Position numbers and translations under genes: made by a program. A DNA stretch of 64,000 nt, taken from Mytilus californianus. Lineage: Eukaryota. Within the stretch, counting starts at the first letter, position 1; each line of letters opens with the position of its first letter. This document shows positions 61,999 to 64,000 of this stretch, in pieces. The notes beneath the pieces were generated by a model. It had not been told where the DNA came from. It saw nothing but the letters and a program-made list of their open reading frames with translations, and made no database searches. The stretch lies in the NCBI RefSeq assembly GCF_021869535.1, contig NW_026262679.1, positions 93,558,001 to 93,622,000 on the forward strand. The letters are read 5' to 3'.

Positions 61999-63880
61999 AT
62001 GCATATAAACAATCAACAAGTTCATGCAAACATTGGAACTTCTAAAACAGACGATTCAGCTAAATGTGAAGTGCAATGTATAACATACCATGAATCAATT
62101 GATAAAACTGTATTGCCAAATGAGGAGTATGCATATCCCATATGCTTAAAAGCAGCAAGATTAGACACTATTGCTTGCGAAGAGTGCAACGAATGGTTTC
62201 ACTTCAGTTGCATTGGTCTTACAAGAGCCGATGAAAATAAGCTACACGAAAACCATCCCTACATCTGTATGCCATGTGTAGATAACCAGTTGTACACCTC
62301 AAATGTGTCCTGCAACTCTCAAGCTGAGGAATTTGGACCTGAGCCTGTTGTTACAAATCATGAAACCAACTTGAAGCTTCCATAAAATAATATTATACAA
62401 GAAAGAAGCAAGTTAACTGATTTTCCGCAAAAAACAGGAGTAAGATTCCCAGTCAGCACGGGCTCTTCCGAGCTATACTGGAGAATCTACATCTGACGTT
62501 ACAAAACATGAAACCAAACTGAAGCTTCCACTAAATAATGTTATACAGGAAGAAAGTAAGACTGAGCAAAAACAAGATTCAGATTCCCAGTCAGCACGGG
62601 CTCTTCTGAGCTATATTGGGGAATCTACATCTGACAATCAACAATCGCAACCATTAGAGCTTGATTTGGAACAAACAAACCATGAATTACAAAAAACAAA
62701 ACCATCAAAGAAGTTTCAGTCAAATACTACTGAACAAGTAGGACCAATCCAAAACCCAACTGAGATAAACCAAGAGATTGTCTATACATACTGATTATAA
62801 TTTAGCCAAATCCAACATTACTTCTAAAGAGACAAAACTATTCAAATTATGGAGGTTAGACTTTCTCAACTGGAACAAAAGCACCAATCAACTCCAAATA
62901 CTAGTGAAATAAATTATAACTCTTGCAACTGCCACCCACTTTATTAGGGGACAAATACAAACAGTCATAACAACAACCACTATTGCTGTCAATTGCAAAA
63001 CGTAATGAATAATGTGAAACCCTAGAACAACAGCTTACTCAGCAAATGTGCATAAACACGGCTCTAACTACACAAATGGCTATGCAACTACAACAAAGCA
63101 TGTTTGTTAGGCAGATTTTAATGAATGTAGATGGATACGCTGCTCCAACAAAAACGAATATGACAGATACACAAAACCAACCTTTCATTCAAATAAATCC
63201 AAACATCAATCAAGAACTATAGGGGCACATATTCATGAGTCAAAATCAGAATCATACTCCCAACCAAGGACCACCAACAAACATGCCTCCTTATATCGAC
63301 CAGCAAAATCAACATCATCATTATAATCTGCAAATGCCTCATCATGCTCATGCAAACCAGCTGTACTACCAGTAAACCCAGCCGGAAGCAAATATGCCGC
63401 CAGTGTGAACAACCCACAGCCAGTATATACTCAAATCATTTATGATAACACAAGCACCACCAGCCTACTCTCGGCCAAGGCAATCTAGAATGTCAACATC
63501 AGTACAACAGAGCTTCAAATTACCTCAAGATTCATATATTCCTCTACATCCAGGATATGTAATGAGCCCACCTCAATATGAAGTGCACCGTAACATTTAT
63601 TGTAACCAAATACAAATATAAAGTATTACTCACAAGAAAACCAAATAGACCCAAAGGGCCAAGTATGATATAGCACAAGGTACAACTCATGTAACTCATG
63701 ACAAAGAAACAAAATGGCAATATACGAAAGACATACAACACAATAGGAACACTGGGATCAACAAAACCAATGATCTGAAAAGTGCTATAAAGCATCTAGA
63801 GATAAAGCAGGCCAATAGCAAACATGGAAACCCAGACTTTTTTTTCACCATCCCAAGCCTCAAAAAAGTAAATAAGTCCA
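61999..63880 (+). pseudogene. Degenerate LINE ORF1 with N-terminal PHD finger and Pro/Gln/Asn-rich C-terminus
   Basis: PICLKAARLDTIACEECNEWFHFSCIGL..PYICMPC (C4HC3, first Cys lost); stops downstream; directly followed by an APE start. Confidence 0.7.
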
Positions 63881-63994
63881 CAGATTATAGGTGTAACAAC
63901 ATTCAACATTGAAGGCATACAATCAAATATAGAATACTTAAAAGAACTAATAAAACAACAAAATTTCTTGTGTATACAGGAACACTGGCTTTGA
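63881..63994 (+). pseudogene. Start of LINE ORF2 AP endonuclease (stop at 63992; the element presumably continues beyond the window)
   Basis: QIIGVTTFNIEGIQSNIEYLKELIKQQNFLCIQEHWL*: NxxG and CIQEHWL are APE N-terminal motifs. Confidence 0.8.
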
Positions 63995-64000
63995 ACATTT

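Overview
AT-rich eukaryotic DNA made almost entirely of nested transposable elements and their relics. The repeat families look like those of a bivalve mollusc, probably Mytilus-like; this is recognition from memory and was not database-checked. No confident host protein-coding gene, rRNA, tRNA or CRISPR array was found. Main contents: (1) a decayed DIRS-group retrotransposon (gag-RT-RNaseH-methyltransferase; minus, ~2.85-5.8 kb). (2) An APE-RT LINE (minus, ~11.8-18.5 kb) split by a Ginger-type DNA transposon with TGT...ACA termini and an exact CATA target-site duplication. (3) Two convergent head-to-tail stacks of Helentron-associated non-autonomous elements (HINEs, 18.9-29.2 kb). (4) A ~10 kb frameshifted Helentron (minus, 29.2-39.2 kb) whose 3' terminus matches the HINE termini. 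Its polyprotein reads: Cys-containing 13-aa repeats, a herpesvirus-like peptidase C76 deubiquitinase-type domain, an OTU protease, Zn-finger/Rep (HUH), PIF1 helicase and AP-like endonuclease. (5) Two degenerate type I hammerhead ribozymes, plus a 51-bp ribozyme-element fragment inserted in the OTU domain. (6) Nested TIR elements carrying a Penelope-like RT fragment, with a 3.3 kb tandem duplication (45.6-53 kb). (7) MITEs, SINE pieces and a PHD-ORF1 LINE running off the right edge. Element boundaries are approximate unless a TIR or TSD is quoted.
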